Positions 27,046 to 39,956 of a DNA stretch of 64,000 bases are shown piece by piece. The DNA is taken from the NCBI GenBank assembly GCA_000934665.2, contig JYFJ02000840.1, positions 1 to 64,000 of the forward strand, in the 5' to 3' direction. The notes below the pieces were generated by a model that made no database searches, had not been told where the DNA came from, and saw only the letters and a program-made list of their open reading frames with translations. This stretch comes from Catajapyx aquilonaris (lineage: Eukaryota). The number at the start of each line of letters is the position of its first letter. Position 1 is the stretch's first letter. The position numbers were made by a program, and so were the translations under genes.

Positions 27046-30000
27046 AGGTTGAAGGTTGAAGCATCTAATGCAGGAAAGGAGGTAGGATTACTAAAAAACT
27101 AACAAATCGTAGTGCAAAATATGCTTGGAAAGTTTATATGAGAAACATCACGACAGAAATGCTACTCATACTATCTAATTGTGATTCATGCGTGTTGGCT
27201 GTTCCATCCATCTGTAAAATGTTGCTGGTAAAGTAGTTCTGGATATAAACATTTCATGGCATGCATTTTCAAATATGATATATTAGTACTGTGTGTTTTT
27301 ATATTCCGCATAAAATGTTTCTCACGCAGTAAACATTGATTGCAAATATGTAAAACTTAGATTCGGGGTTAGGCTACTAATCTTACTAGACTGTACTGTG
27401 CGCATATAGGTGCACAAGTAATTTTTTAAAGATGCACCATTAATATTATTTGAAGAATAATGCGATTGTCGATCATTACTTTTAATCGCCTCTCGTGCAT
27501 GTGTTCTACCGCAATGTTCAATGCACAATAGTTTTTTTTATTACAATCATAGTAGAACCGGGATTATAAATGCAGAATTTTCGTTTTACAGTTACAGAAG
27601 TGGCATCTTCCCACACGAATTGTAGAGAAATGCAACACACACATGCGCAAGTGTGGTAAGTGAGCATGCGATAAACGTGTAGGGGGGGGAAAAAAAACCC
27701 CACCACCATGGTTCGGAATGGCTTCGTAACTCCCTTGAGCAACGCAAAGTTGGCCCGGCTGACTGGCCAACTAGACGGGAAAGACGTACAGTTGACCACA
27801 ATGATGTCCCTGAGCTCAAGGGGCAATTAACCATAAATCAGCAGGCTATAGGACAGCGAGGTTGCGGCGGCGGAATTTCCTCCTCCTCCTCCTCCTGCCA
27901 CCCACCTTCCACCCTTCCAACCCCCTTCCTCAATTCCCTACCCCTTCCCCGCTTGCCTTCTAAATTGATACCAATCCCATCTTCATCCAGTTGGTCCAAA
28001 CGAGCCTCTTAGGACTTTCCTCCGCACTCTCCTTTCCTCACACCGCCGGCCCTCATTATCTTTATTATCTTTCGCCATCCACGAAAATTGTCCAGTTCCC
28101 CTGCTCTCTCGGAAAGGTATTCTCAAATACCGCGTGCCACATATACACACTGCCATTGCTCAGCAGCTCACTCTGAGGAACTGCAAAGCTATTTCCACTT
28201 CAAAGGGCTTCTTAAAGTATTTGCTCGCAGAAACATTGCATGGTTGCAGTGTCATGAGGTGAGTATATGTCAAATCGGATTTAAGAAATACATTTCAATA
28301 ATGTTTTGGTTGGGATATTTGGTAAAGGTAATTTATATTATTATCCTGAAAAAGATGTCTAATGTTTCATTCTGGTTTCATTTGCAGCTCGGATGCAGTA
28401 CCAGTATATAAGCCGACATGAAAAGGCAGTGATCAGGGTCGGATTTAACGGGGGAGGGGAGGGAGGACACGACATCTCTCCACAAGTAAGAGTCTGTATG
28501 GGGGCGAAATCGGCCCCATACGGGGTGAAATTTTTGGCTCGCATTTGGACGAGAGGCCACAAGTATAAAACCTGCTGCGGCTGGGGACTGGCTTATCTTT
28601 CCACCACACCACAGGGAACCCTCAGGTGTCTTCAATAATTCAATTATTATAGGAATACTTTAGGGTGCACTGCATAATTACATGCAAATTTTATTTGAAT
28701 ATGTCTGCTACTTGTTTTGTACGCCTTTTACTTTTGTTGATTTAGTGTACAAAACACTTCTACAGTATAAATGCTATTGTAGCTCTTAGGAAAACATTAC
28801 TGTAAATGCCAACAGCTTCTATACAATTTAAATATTTAGGCACCTGCCTGTTTCTCGGCATGGCATTACATCTTTCTGTAAAACGACATCCGGCATGAAT
28901 TTCCGCATATTGCAGTCGGAAGTTATCTTGGCGAATTTTCGAGGTATAATGTGCCCTACAGAATATGACGCATAATACAGGATACAGGACAAGATCAATC
29001 ACCAACACATAAGTAAATGGATAGTTCCACAGTGTTAGCACGTAATTCAAATTTTACGTAACTCGGAATATGTTTTTATTATTTTACAGTATACTGTAGT
29101 GTACAGATACAAGTACCTTATTTACATCGATGCTATAGTCATTTCGTATTCAATAGAGGCAGGTGCGATCGGAAAGGATTCCCCGTGAGGCCCAGAAGCG
29201 GGTCACAAGACAGTGTCTGTCACTTGTAAACTGACTGCGAGGGAATGAGTGTAGGCGGGAATATTCGAGTTGCCACGAGCAGAAAATAATTTAAGGCATT
29301 GTCTAGCAATTGTCTGCTTTTTCTTACAGGACGTTACCGCCAGTTCCGTAATTTTTTTTGCTCACGTCGGATTTTTTTATGCATACAGGTCAGACCGATT
29401 ATATGCGTATGTCGGGGACGTGATGTAATATATTTTCCATGATATGATATGCTGTAATATACGAGTATCATATTATTATCGTACTGTTATGTATAATACT
29501 GTAGTAGGCCTACATATGACGTACGGTATATGACATTTAGTCTATTACACTGTAATATACACAGTAGGCTTACAGGTATATCATGTTACATAATCACAAT
29601 GTATGATACTGTATACCACATCACCTACTCCGAAACTATACCAGTGCCACAGCAAGCACTAACTAAATTCCCCATTCTCCGAACTACTCAGCATGCTCAA
29701 AAAGTGTAATTTGCGGTTATTTGCGTATGCGGTATAGAAGCTTGTACAATATCACTGCCATATAAAGTTCTCGGGGGATGAGTCTATTCCCCGTGAATAG
29801 GTAAGTAGCTCAAGCCTGTAGGCTAGATTAAGTAACAGGTACCAAACAATGCTATGTAGCCCTATACCAAGCCTGCCATGCCTTACTCTCATTCATTCAT
29901 CCAGATAATGGTCGTGATGTCATATTCATTCAACTTTTAGTATCTATGTTGATAGTCAATACTCCCCATTGTAACTATTCAATAATAGAAGAACAGCCAA

Positions 30001-33000
30001 GATAATTTCAATGCTTCTGTTTACGCCATGAAACTAAGACATGGACTCAATTTTTCCAAGACGGTATAATTCAGACTTTGAACACAATGAGCCTCTAGGC
30101 AAAAGGCTGGTGAAAATTTTCCCTTGTTATCGATTCGTTGTTTCGCCTATCTAATGCACTCTGAAATATTACCATTTCCGCCCACACGAGTTCTCTAATT
30201 GGGTTTCACTTCACGCTGTTCACAAACAATGCAAACCTAATGACTTTTTTTTGCTACTATTCACAGATTTTAATTGCCACCTACACTTATTATTACAAGG
30301 CCGGTAATACGCTTATAATTTTCAATTGCTGCGTCATTGCAGAAAACTTGCTGAGGACGCCTTTCAGGACGGAAGAGGCTAAGTTTTCTTTTTGACATTT
30401 TTTTCAATTTTCTCTATAGCCTGATGCGCATAGAATCCAAGAAACTCGAAAAGATTCCGCATTTTTAAAACCAAGTGTATGAATATTTAGTGAAATAACT
30501 GATGAAGATAATTATTATGTAAGTGCTTAGGGTGTGTAAATTATTTAAATAGTTAAATTCCAAATTTCATATTGTTGTGTTCATTATTTTGAAAAGAATC
30601 TGTAACCATGCCCTTCGCCCCTTTCTTATCACCACCTGTACGGTGTAGATTTAACATCAGCTATCAGCCACGGTTAAAAGTTTAAATAATCACAAACCAG
30701 ATTCAAGAGGAAAATGCATGGGAAACAGTGCAGCGTAGTATCACGGTTAATTTGAGGCCAAAATGCGATTAAAGCAATCAGTGGCCTAATAAGGGCTGAA
30801 ATAATGAGGTAAGTGATGTATTTTAATGGTTACTTACAGGGTGGCATCATTCTCATTTTTCTTTCGAATTTTGGAACTTACATTTAACTAAGTACATTTA
30901 TAAACTTATTGTATCCCAATGCACCCTTTCGTAGACATTTTAAATATGCTTGATGCACATTGATTTTCTCTTTCTGATGCTAGACGCCTGCGTGAGCTGT
31001 GACAAATTCGCATGGCAAGCTGACGAAGATACGTGAAAAAAATAAAATCAGAACGCTAATCTTCGATCATGAATGCACGAAATTATAGGGTGCAAGAAAG
31101 ACTCGCTCCTTCCAGTCTATAAATCTTTGTACTAACACCTGACAAGGTTTGTAAATATAATCCTCTGCAATATTTCAGCGCTTTAGCATAGCCATTGTCC
31201 GGATTCATTGAAATGAAACGTTACCCATTCGAAATGGAAAACTACATGCAAAATTTGGCGTTTCAAGTTGCAATTGGAGAGCAGCGTAAGCGAAACACTG
31301 AAACATTCGCGAATAACAAAGTTAATTATGGCGAGTCCTCTAACCAAGTGGAAATTACACTTGGAAATAAATGATCGCGTTCATTCTAGCAGCCTATATA
31401 CCCTTTCCAGTTCCAGTCAAGAACACTTTTGGCTGAAGATTTGTTGTTGTTGTTGTTGTTGGTTTTTTTTTGGGGGGAGGGGGGGTGGGTTAACTTTGTG
31501 TTTTTTACGGGGAAATGATGGATCAAAACCTTGTCAACATCACAATTTCCCAATAATCACGGTTTGTGCTTTATTCCCTGCAAACAAAGCTATAAGGCAC
31601 AAAAATGTGATGTTAAAAATTAGTTCAAAATAAAGGACCTTCGCCTTGGAAGTCACAAAGCAGCTACGTATGTTTCTTGCTTTTAGACCGCACAAGTTTA
31701 AGAGTGAAGCGCAAGCCGCTTAATTTGCTTCACGTTGTATTTTAACCCAGCAGGTATCCTTACGCTGTAATGAATGAAACATGTTTGGCGCGAGTGGAAT
31801 GCGAAGTTCTGCCAGCAATATTAATTACAGCCTAATGAAATGGCCAACTTTCTACATGAAAAATGTGCTTTATGCAACATTTTCGTCGTAATATTATAGT
31901 ATCGACGCATGATCAGGCTGTATAAAGTCAGCAAAACTAAATTAATTATCTTCAAGAATCGACTAGTGAATAACCGCTGAAAACAGAAGTAGTAAATATA
32001 TTCCTCCTCTTGCATTTTGTTCTCTCTGGTATAACATTCTTAATTACATTTCAATTATATTGTATGAGATATCTTTTTAAGTCGTGGAAGGACCCTCACT
32101 TTTAAAAGAGTCAAAACCATAGCGCAAAATGTAGCCTACACTCAATTGCTTAAACGGAGACAATTTTGCATTGTAACCAAATGCAATATTGTCTCCATCT
32201 TTTTCAGCGATATATTACATTACGGTATACTTTCCTTGCATTCCACACACACAACCAATAGTGAAGTTTTGGTCACCCGTAAGCAAAAAATATTGCATAC
32301 TCTAGATGTCTACAGAACATGAACTCGCTGCCAGAGAGAAAGAGAGATGCCGACGCCTTTGGCGCTGAATATCAATTCTCGCAGGAAATCTTTCACGCAG
32401 AAGGCGTCAAGAGGGCAGTGAAAACAGACATATCCTGGTGCATAGACATACCGCTATCCCCAGTGAATTCCGTCAGGAGATGATGTTGGTCTTGGCACAA
32501 GTTTGGCACAGTCAGTGACCCACCTCAGCCAGGTCAAGTAGGGGACAGCAAGTGGCGGCTGGCAACGGGCTCTCATTTCAGGGTTAGAGAGTCTGCAATG
32601 ACATCCTGTTGACTCGCCTGAATTCCCACACAGGCACGCCAAGCTTTGACATTATCAAATGTGTAATGTAAGGGGCTGGCAAGTTCAGGGCTTTGTAATG
32701 TACTGATCCGAATTAAAATTGTGGCTGCATTTTTTCAGTTTGCGAAATAAATTCTTAGATGAAATTAACTATTATTTGACTATTTCCAGCTGACACTTTT
32801 CTACATGAAATGTTGTTTTGGTGGACCAAGCAGGAAGGAACCTCCATCTGACCATTCACAGCCCCAGCTAAAAGTGAGCCTCCCCGTTCGCCCGAAATGA
32901 ACAAAACTAACGCCGGGTCCATCCGGAGGCCCTCGCGGGACTCATTAAATTCAGCACAGTACATTAGTCATCAGGAAAAGAATCGGCGGCCAGCAGGTCC

Positions 33001-35490
33001 ACTATTGCGGACGTTTTGCAGCTCAAGTCATAAATAATCAGTCTCCTTGAACCCTCTATATGCGTTGCCCTCGCCTGCTTTCATCGCCGCAGCTCATCTC
33101 ATGCATATTTAGCAAGTACGCGCGCTGAGAAAGGGTAAATATTGTGCTCAATCCTCGTTGTCTGTCGGAGAGTCTCTAGGTTTTGGTATGGTTCGGAGGA
33201 GGAAACGTGGAGGGCATCTGTTGGATGATGGGGTAAGCAGGCAGTTTTCGTAGGTCCGCCAGTTGGTGGCACAGGTGCAGGGTTGCTGGAGGTCGTAAAG
33301 CATGGGCTGGTACACATTTGCGGGATGTACCGACACTTTATGAGAGAGGTGGTTCGGGGTTGTAAACTGTTATGGGAGTTACGGTTTATTGCACTCTTAG
33401 CCAATGAGAATTACTCGTAGACTCTACAACATAAAATAATGTGAGTGAGTTATATTATTATGTGGTGTTAGAGGTGTGTAACGTTAACTTCTTGCAGGTC
33501 CCATTTTCTCCTTATAGTGAACGTTAACTGGCAATGTAACAAGGTAAGTAGATCATGAAATAGGTTAGGCCAAGCTGGTGTGGCCATTGTGTAAAATTAT
33601 GAAGTGGCCATTATTACGTTGCATTATCTCAGGCACGGCTGGTCGAAAAAGATTCAAACTGCTGTGTTGCAAATAAATGATAATTGAATAGCCTCGATAT
33701 TACATTAAGTGCAAGTAATTAGGTTTACGCCAGGTTTTACGCTAAGGAAGTGGGCTTTTATGGGCAATTTTGTGTCTCGCAGGAATTGATTAGTTCAGAG
33801 AGTGCCGAGTAGCCTTGGCAAGGTTGGAGGCGGTCAAGAACTCTATGAGATGTATACACTGATTGGATAGACAGGTAATGGAAAGGTAAATTTTATTTTA
33901 AGAATGATGGCGAGCCTTCAAAACACTTGCATGTCAAAAGGCGAGTTCGTTATAGATAGACATTGGAGAATCAAACATTCTCGGCTGTCATTCATTTTTT
34001 TCCCCCTGACAGTGAGAGTAATATACTTATCTGATCTTCGCTGATCTGCAAGAAATATTCTGACAGGCATTTTATTGTTAAAAAATTAAATGGCTACTCG
34101 TATTTGGCGACATTATGATTCTTAATACCGTTGGAATGACGATACGTTATGTGACAAACTTAGGAGCAATTAAGGTCTTTTACATACTGTACTATATATT
34201 TAGGAATTTTTTAATCAAATAGTTAATTGTAAGAGTTCAATTACACATTGTTGCGGAACTTAATTAGCCCTTTACTCACTGTTGTGCAACGCATTATCGT
34301 GCATAATTTTGAATTTGAACAAATATCAATGGAGTCTATACCCGTAATTAACATAATTCAGTCAGTTAATCAGCCTGTTACAGTTATTTGCGAGTATATT
34401 AAAGCAATCAACATTTTGCACGTTAACGTCCGCAGTGACAACGAACCCGCTCATCACGGTCGAGGTCAAAGCTTTATTCGAAATGTATCCGTCAACTATG
34501 CATGACGCAATAATGCAAAAGAATGAACCAAATACGGCAAGAGTAGCAGGTCGCCTACTAAGTTCTACAAGGTGAACCAGATATGAAGGACATCTGGACA
34601 TGCCTTTCTCCACAAGAGATTCATAACTTACACGTAGTGTGCTGTGATTAGTCCTTAAAATGGTTTAAAGCACGACTTGCTACTAAGTAGTGTGCACCTA
34701 ATTATTTCGTATTTGTGCTCTCGTTCAAGTGTTTCATCTTACCTGCATGTGCACGATGGTTTTATTTCTTGTATAGGCTACTCCGCTGTCATGTGGAAAG
34801 ATAATATCAGGTGAGTTGGCCCTACCAAATATTGGACAATATTCTGTTGTTACAGGCCATGAGAGCCCCCATTGTGCATTTTAGAGCTATATTGAAATTC
34901 CACGTGCAGTTGCTGTTATTTTGCTGCCTATAATTACAATGTTTGTAAACGAGAGCAGCCACGGCGGTATAGATAACTATTGCGTGCAGTGAATGCAGTC
35001 AACCCGAATTACAGAAGGGTTGGAATGGCCTTGAACTTATCCATTTAACATCGAGGACATTTTCTCACTCCCCCCTGCTGGTGTACAGTGTAGAAACTTA
35101 TGCGCCATTTCAGATGGCATTTCATGATCACAGTCCATAAAAGTGGAAACAATGTCATTTTGAACTACCCAGTATGACACATGCGCTACTTAACTTTATT
35201 ACTATAGCACTGTACATCGTTTGAAAGCATTACTACAAATTCCCTCAAATTACTCGGCCATAATGTAGCCTGATTAATCTTTTAAAAACCATATCATCAT
35301 CGTCACCATTTGGGCCAACATTTCTCTCACCCACTTGACCCTTTCCATTGACTCCTTTCCACCCAATAAAATACGCCCTCTGACAATCTGACAAATCAGC
35401 AAAATTATCATATTATACCCATGATGCTATATGACCTCCGAGTCTATATATAGACCAAACCCCACCTTGTGTACTCTACTCGCCTACCAG

Positions 35491-35553
35491 ATGCCATTGG
35501 ACACGGAAGTGCACATGAGCGAAGTCATGACGTCGAGCGGCCTCTTTTACCAG
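35491..35553 (+). CDS. Uncharacterised single-pass membrane protein, coding exon 1 (MPLDTEVHMSEVMTSSGLFYQ); further upstream exons possible
   Basis: cag|ATG acceptor and CAG|gtaggc donor. A 62-nt phase-0 intron joins it in frame to the next exon. Confidence 0.5.
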
Positions 35554-35615
35554 GTAGGCATCACCCGGTTGAGTATCCTCGTAAGTGAAATTGATTTCCC
35601 GTGTTTTCTTCTCAG

Positions 35616-35825
35616 AGTTACGATGTGAGCCCTCGAGGAGATTGGCGTTCAGGATCGATCTCGCCCCGATCCCGCCTCTCTTCGGCACATGGATTGGGTT
35701 CGAGTCCCTCCGCAACAATCGCCGTGTCTCCGTATGCCCGGGCGCCTCCCAACACGCCTCACAAGACACCTCAAATCAATCTCTTCCCACCACAGCCACC
35801 ATTCGACTACGGAGGACTCATGGAG
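35616..35825 (+). CDS. Uncharacterised single-pass membrane protein, coding exon 2 (Ser/Pro-rich)
   Basis: Strong acceptor (ttttcttctcag|), donor GAG|gtacgt, 210 nt, phase 0-0, open frame SYDVSPRGDW...FDYGGLME. Confidence 0.62.
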
Positions 35826-35882
35826 GTACGTACCCCCCTGAGGGTTTGTCGCCCCCCCATTTTTAAAGAGGATGTCTTTTAG

Positions 35883-36074
35883 GTACTGTCCAACCCATAC
35901 AAAGGACCGATAGTGCTGCATTTAGAGCCGAAGTCGAAGGGGTGTAATTCTCATATGTGTAATAAGGCGCTTCGGGTGGCTGTTGTGTTGCTGATGGTGT
36001 TGGCTTTGAGCTCAACTCTTTTCTACATGATCCAGAGCGCCCACAACTACTCTTTGCGGAAGCACTTCATAAAG
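35883..36074 (+). CDS. Uncharacterised single-pass membrane protein, coding exon 3 (TM helix)
   Basis: Follows a 57-nt intron (acceptor gtcttttag|). Donor AAG|gtcagt, 192 nt, phase 0-0. Encodes the hydrophobic stretch VAVVLLMVLALSSTLFYMI preceded by K/R. Confidence 0.65.
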
Positions 36075-36129
36075 GTCAGTGCCCAAAAAAAAGGGTGATC
36101 AATCTGAGCTGACAGGTCTTTTCTTATAG

Positions 36130-36330
36130 AGGGCTGAGAGTGAGGGGTTCCATGCTGCGGACGTTCCTCGTGTGACGGAGAACCCCAATCGGCGGGCATC
36201 TGGTCTGCCTCAGAAAGGAGTCCCTGTTGTGCCTGTTGTGCCCTCACTGCCTGATGGGCCATCACTGCATCGTGTCATCTACTCGAAAAACGATGATGAT
36301 GAAACCACTTTGGAGTTGGCCGAATTTTAA
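36130..36330 (+). CDS. Uncharacterised single-pass membrane protein, terminal coding exon
   Basis: Follows a 55-nt intron with a CTGAC branch motif and acceptor tcttttcttatag|. Open frame RAESEGFHAAD...ETTLELAEF then TAA. Confidence 0.6.
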   Translation, partial: RAESEGFHAADVPRVTENPNRRASGLPQKGVPVVPVVPSLPDGPSLHRVIYSKNDDDETTLELAEF

Positions 36331-36452
36331 AAAGCTGACTTTGTGTATTTTAATGTTCCTATTTGACTTGTATTTTATTGAGGGTTGCGTTTGAAAAGCA
36401 GACCCTAGTCGCATGTTCCCCAGTTTGACTTTTTGTATTGTACCGATTGCGT

Positions 36453-36458
36453 AATAAA
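36453..36458 (+). terminator. Candidate polyadenylation signal (AATAAA) of the membrane-protein gene
   Basis: First AATAAA about 120 nt after the stop at 36330, followed by T-rich sequence. Confidence 0.35.
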
Positions 36459-37928
36459 GGATTTTTGTCATATAATACCTGATTTTTTTAAGGAGGAAGG
36501 GAAGGCACGTAACTTGGCCAACGTAAAGCTTTATTGCGTGTAACATTGCTAATGACATTGTTCCTACATTACCTTGTTGTAGTATAGGAAATTGTGGGAA
36601 ATGGTTTGGAAAAAGGCGCCAATGGTGAACTTTTACGTGATTTCCAGACGACTGGACTCTTTTTTTAAAATGGTTCCTTCGCCGGGATCTCTTGGTATGG
36701 GTTCCACAGCCCATACCACTAGCCCTGCCCCCTTACAAAAAACTTAGCAATTGGTCCACTTATTGTCCAGGAAGCCGCTTTGGTTCATTTTTGGCAATTT
36801 GTAAGGCTACGTAACTTCCTTGTTTTATGCTAAAAGGTGATTGTAACTTGAGAAACTGTAAACTTGTGCCAGCGTGAGTTACATAAGTTGCATTCCAACT
36901 TCTAAAAGTGCATTTGGTGCGTACATTTTCGGAACGTGACCTTTTAGGGAAGAAATTGATTTGTCACAGTAGAAAGGTCACCACCTTGTCCAATTTACAT
37001 AGGAATGCCTACTGTGACGTCACAACAAGCACCAACATATTCAGCGCTGAAAGTAAATATTACTGCAAGCTAATGCTTTAGATAAGTTAGTGCAGCTAAA
37101 TGCTAGAGTTGTGTGTAGAGATGTTTTATAAGTCTGAAATCTACATTAGAGTATATCTATATGACATGAAATCCAAAATGTATGTCACCGTTCATGTTCT
37201 GTCATATATTGCAGAAACAAGCTAAAGGCCTCGCTGGTGATGACAGGCTGAGGTTATAATCCTATACACTGTACCGTTAGGAAATTTTTGTATTGTTTCT
37301 ACTTAATCGAGACGCACTAGGTTAAGTTTTTCGAAGACCAATCACTATAATCAAAATTAAAAAGTTGGGCCTTTCTGTCTACATAGCGTCTCCTACACGG
37401 GAAAAATATACATTATTCACATTTGTTACATGCTCGTTCCCCTGGTGCTCGATAATTTGACTTCAACATTGTAAAGGGATGGATTTTTGCATCGGGAAAA
37501 ATTCGGTACCGTATACTTCAGATTCTCTTAGGTGAGAGTGGTGCCGATTACCAAATTTAACTGAATTCTTGTCGGATGATAACTTGTGCAATATACCAGT
37601 GAATCCGATCCAAATAAAATGCAGCATCTTTGGTAATGGCCACACTGCAACTCCAAAGTAAAAACGCGCCCCAGACATTTCCCCCCACCCCCCATACTCT
37701 ACACTTGCACCTCAGAGTCAGTTGCTAATCATAATCAAATAAACCAGTGGCATATCCTGCGGGAAATGTGAGTCGACACCACCCTCAACAGTGATCCCCG
37801 AACTGCATCATCCATCCAGGTTAGTTAGATCCACTTGTGGACGTCAGCAAATGAATGCTGAGAGGCAAAAGAGGTCTCCTGAGGCTAGTGGCTTGGAGTA
37901 CTGAGTGTCTTTTGGCCTGCGCAGGTCA

Positions 37929-38064
37929 TCATGTCCAGACCCGAGCAACCCGCAAAAGGAAGATCAACATGGTCACCAGCGCACCTCCGGAGAGTGAGAT
38001 TAGACCCGGTGACCCGTTGCATCCATCTGCGTCGTCACAGCTCTGCAGACAACCACGGACGTAC
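37929..38064 (-). CDS. Ly6/uPAR three-finger (quiver-like) GPI-anchored protein, terminal coding exon 4
   Basis: Phase-2 acceptor ttccag|. Encodes YVRGCLQSCDDADGCN (terminal C..CN of the LU domain), then GSPGLISLSGGALVTMLIFLLRVARVWT*, a GPI-signal-like hydrophobic tail. Confidence 0.9.
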
Positions 38065-39235
38065 CTGGAACCATGTACGCTATATTACAGCCGATACTTT
38101 CTCCAAGATAGGTAGGTGCTATGCCTACATTAGTATAACAAATTATTGCACAAGTTGCTTTTGTCAAGAAAATATATGCAGCTGGTTTATACAAGATGAT
38201 TGAACACAAATGCTTCGGACTGTCATGCGGTTCTGGTGTAGGCTATATTCAATCAGCTGTATAAATCAGTAGGCATATAGTCTACTACTCTATTTGCCAA
38301 GTAATACTTAATACCAGGCAAAAAATTGGCACATTTTCTAATGAGTACTACATGAAACTTTGCTAATGGTAGTTTGCTGTAAGATCAATTTCAAACTGCT
38401 CTACACTCTAACTCGTATCGTCCCGACGAGCCAACTGAGCGTAAGAGCCCAAATGCAAACTTGACAGGAGAGCGAAACGCGTTCATATCGCAGTCACTGA
38501 ATCTTGATATTTCAGACCCACGGGAGCTGCCTGAGTGCCCATTACTTTTTAATGTGCCAGAATTGATGGCAACAAAAAAATTGAGAGGGAAGCAATTAGA
38601 TTTATTACTGGAACATGTCCTTGCTTCGCAGAATCTGATCAAGTGACGTTAATGACATATGTCACATATATGCACCGAATGCGCTAAAAGAAAGCAAAGT
38701 GGCTGCAAGTAGCTCTCCATAAATTGGCCCGTGCGGGACGAACAGTGGTGCAGTAGCAAAGCATAACAAGAGTGTGTCGGTTTCAAAAGTGTTATATCTC
38801 ATACGCTGATGCTTCTTGATGCAAAGCTGCAACGAATCTGCGTGAGAAGCAGTGCTCACACGGCATTACGTGACATACACTGATTTTGAAAAGAGTAGTT
38901 CAAAAAACATGCCCTGCACAAACTCAAATACATTATGCCATACCCTACAGTTAACCCTCAAAGAGGAACTACTCTCTTCATCAGGTGCAGAAAGAGACAG
39001 AAAGTGAGTGTGTCAGCCAAAGGTGTGAAAAGCGTCAGGGGGACGGGGGACAAGGCAGAAAAGAAAGCGCCTCTCCAGCAACATCTTGTGCTTGTCGCTG
39101 GTCATCTTCGGCAGTGAGAATTTCTGGGATCAGGGCCTCCTCCGTCCTCCCCAGCAGACCCAACACACCCCATTCCCTTCCACCCCTCATTTGGTTTTGT
39201 TTGAAAAAAGGTCGGTTCTCCTTGACCCCTGCTAC

Positions 39236-39350
39236 CTGTCATCAAAGTAGAAGCCCCCACAGTGTGACATCCGAATGATCTCGGTGTCGGTGGTAAGGGT
39301 TCCGCTGTCCAAGGCGCAGCCTCGCACCTTCACCGTCTCCCCAGAGTCGC
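39236..39350 (-). CDS. Ly6/uPAR protein, alternative coding exon 3b (downstream copy)
   Basis: Acceptor tttcag|, donor AG|gtagca, 115 nt, phase 1 to 2. Encodes GDSGETVKVRGCALDSGTLTTDTEIIRMSHCGGFYFDDR. Confidence 0.92.
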
Positions 39351-39558
39351 CTGAAATTGGAGGGAGGACCAACGTGCTTCTCACTACCATCTCACCAATC
39401 TCTTTCTCTCTCTCTTGCCCCCGCCCGTGATGGCCTCGGTAGGGGGGAAATATCGTGCCTTTTTTCAATTCAGGCAGAATAATGTGGGCACGTGCATTTG
39501 TGGACTGGGTGTGTGTCAGTGGTAGTAGGCAAGGAGGAAAGACGAGCCGTTCTCTGTC

Positions 39559-39693
39559 ATAATCAAATCTGATCCGGACTATTGCGCAGCCTACTACGCA
39601 TAAAAGTCCACTGCGCAGCCTACTGCGCATAAAGGGTCCACTGCGCATCCAATCTGCACAGAATGAATACGAGTCCAGATCAGTTACGATTAT
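39559..39693. mobile_element. Small MITE-like foldback with internal tandem repeats, between the two alternative exons
   Basis: Imperfect 22-bp inverted ends (ATAATCAAATCTGATCCGGACT / AGTCCAGATCAGTTACGATTAT) enclose about 2.5 copies of a 29-30 bp unit containing TGCGCA palindromes. Confidence 0.5.
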
Positions 39694-39841
39694 TGCCAGA
39701 AACAACGGCCCTTAATAAAACTCAATCGAGTTTTACTAATTAACCCCCAAATCATGTCACGCAGTGGTTCGCTGATTGACGTATATGTGACCTATGGTGG
39801 ATGTGTCGGTTGCGGTCATTCATTCACCCTTGAGACCCTAC

Positions 39842-39956
39842 CTCTCCTCGAAGACGAAGCTGCCGCAGTGGCTCATCCGGACCATCTCCGTGTCCATTGT
39901 GAGGGATCCGCTGTCCAAGGCGCACGCTCGGACAATCATCGTCTCGTACGTGTCCG
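39842..39956 (-). CDS. Ly6/uPAR protein, alternative coding exon 3a (upstream copy; not in the ORF track in this frame)
   Basis: Acceptor cctcttgcag|, donor AG|gtaggg, 115 nt, phase 1 to 2. Encodes ADTYETMIVRACALDSGSLTMDTEMVRMSHCGSFVFEER. Confidence 0.88.

Noticed and set aside
35581..35615. Consensus donor GTAAGT at 35581
   Set aside because: It would give a 35-nt intron, much shorter than the 55-62 nt neighbours. The donor at 35554 was preferred; both keep the frame.
35698..35712. GGTTCGAGTCC B-box/T-loop-like motif
   Set aside because: No cloverleaf or A-box, and it lies inside a predicted coding exon.
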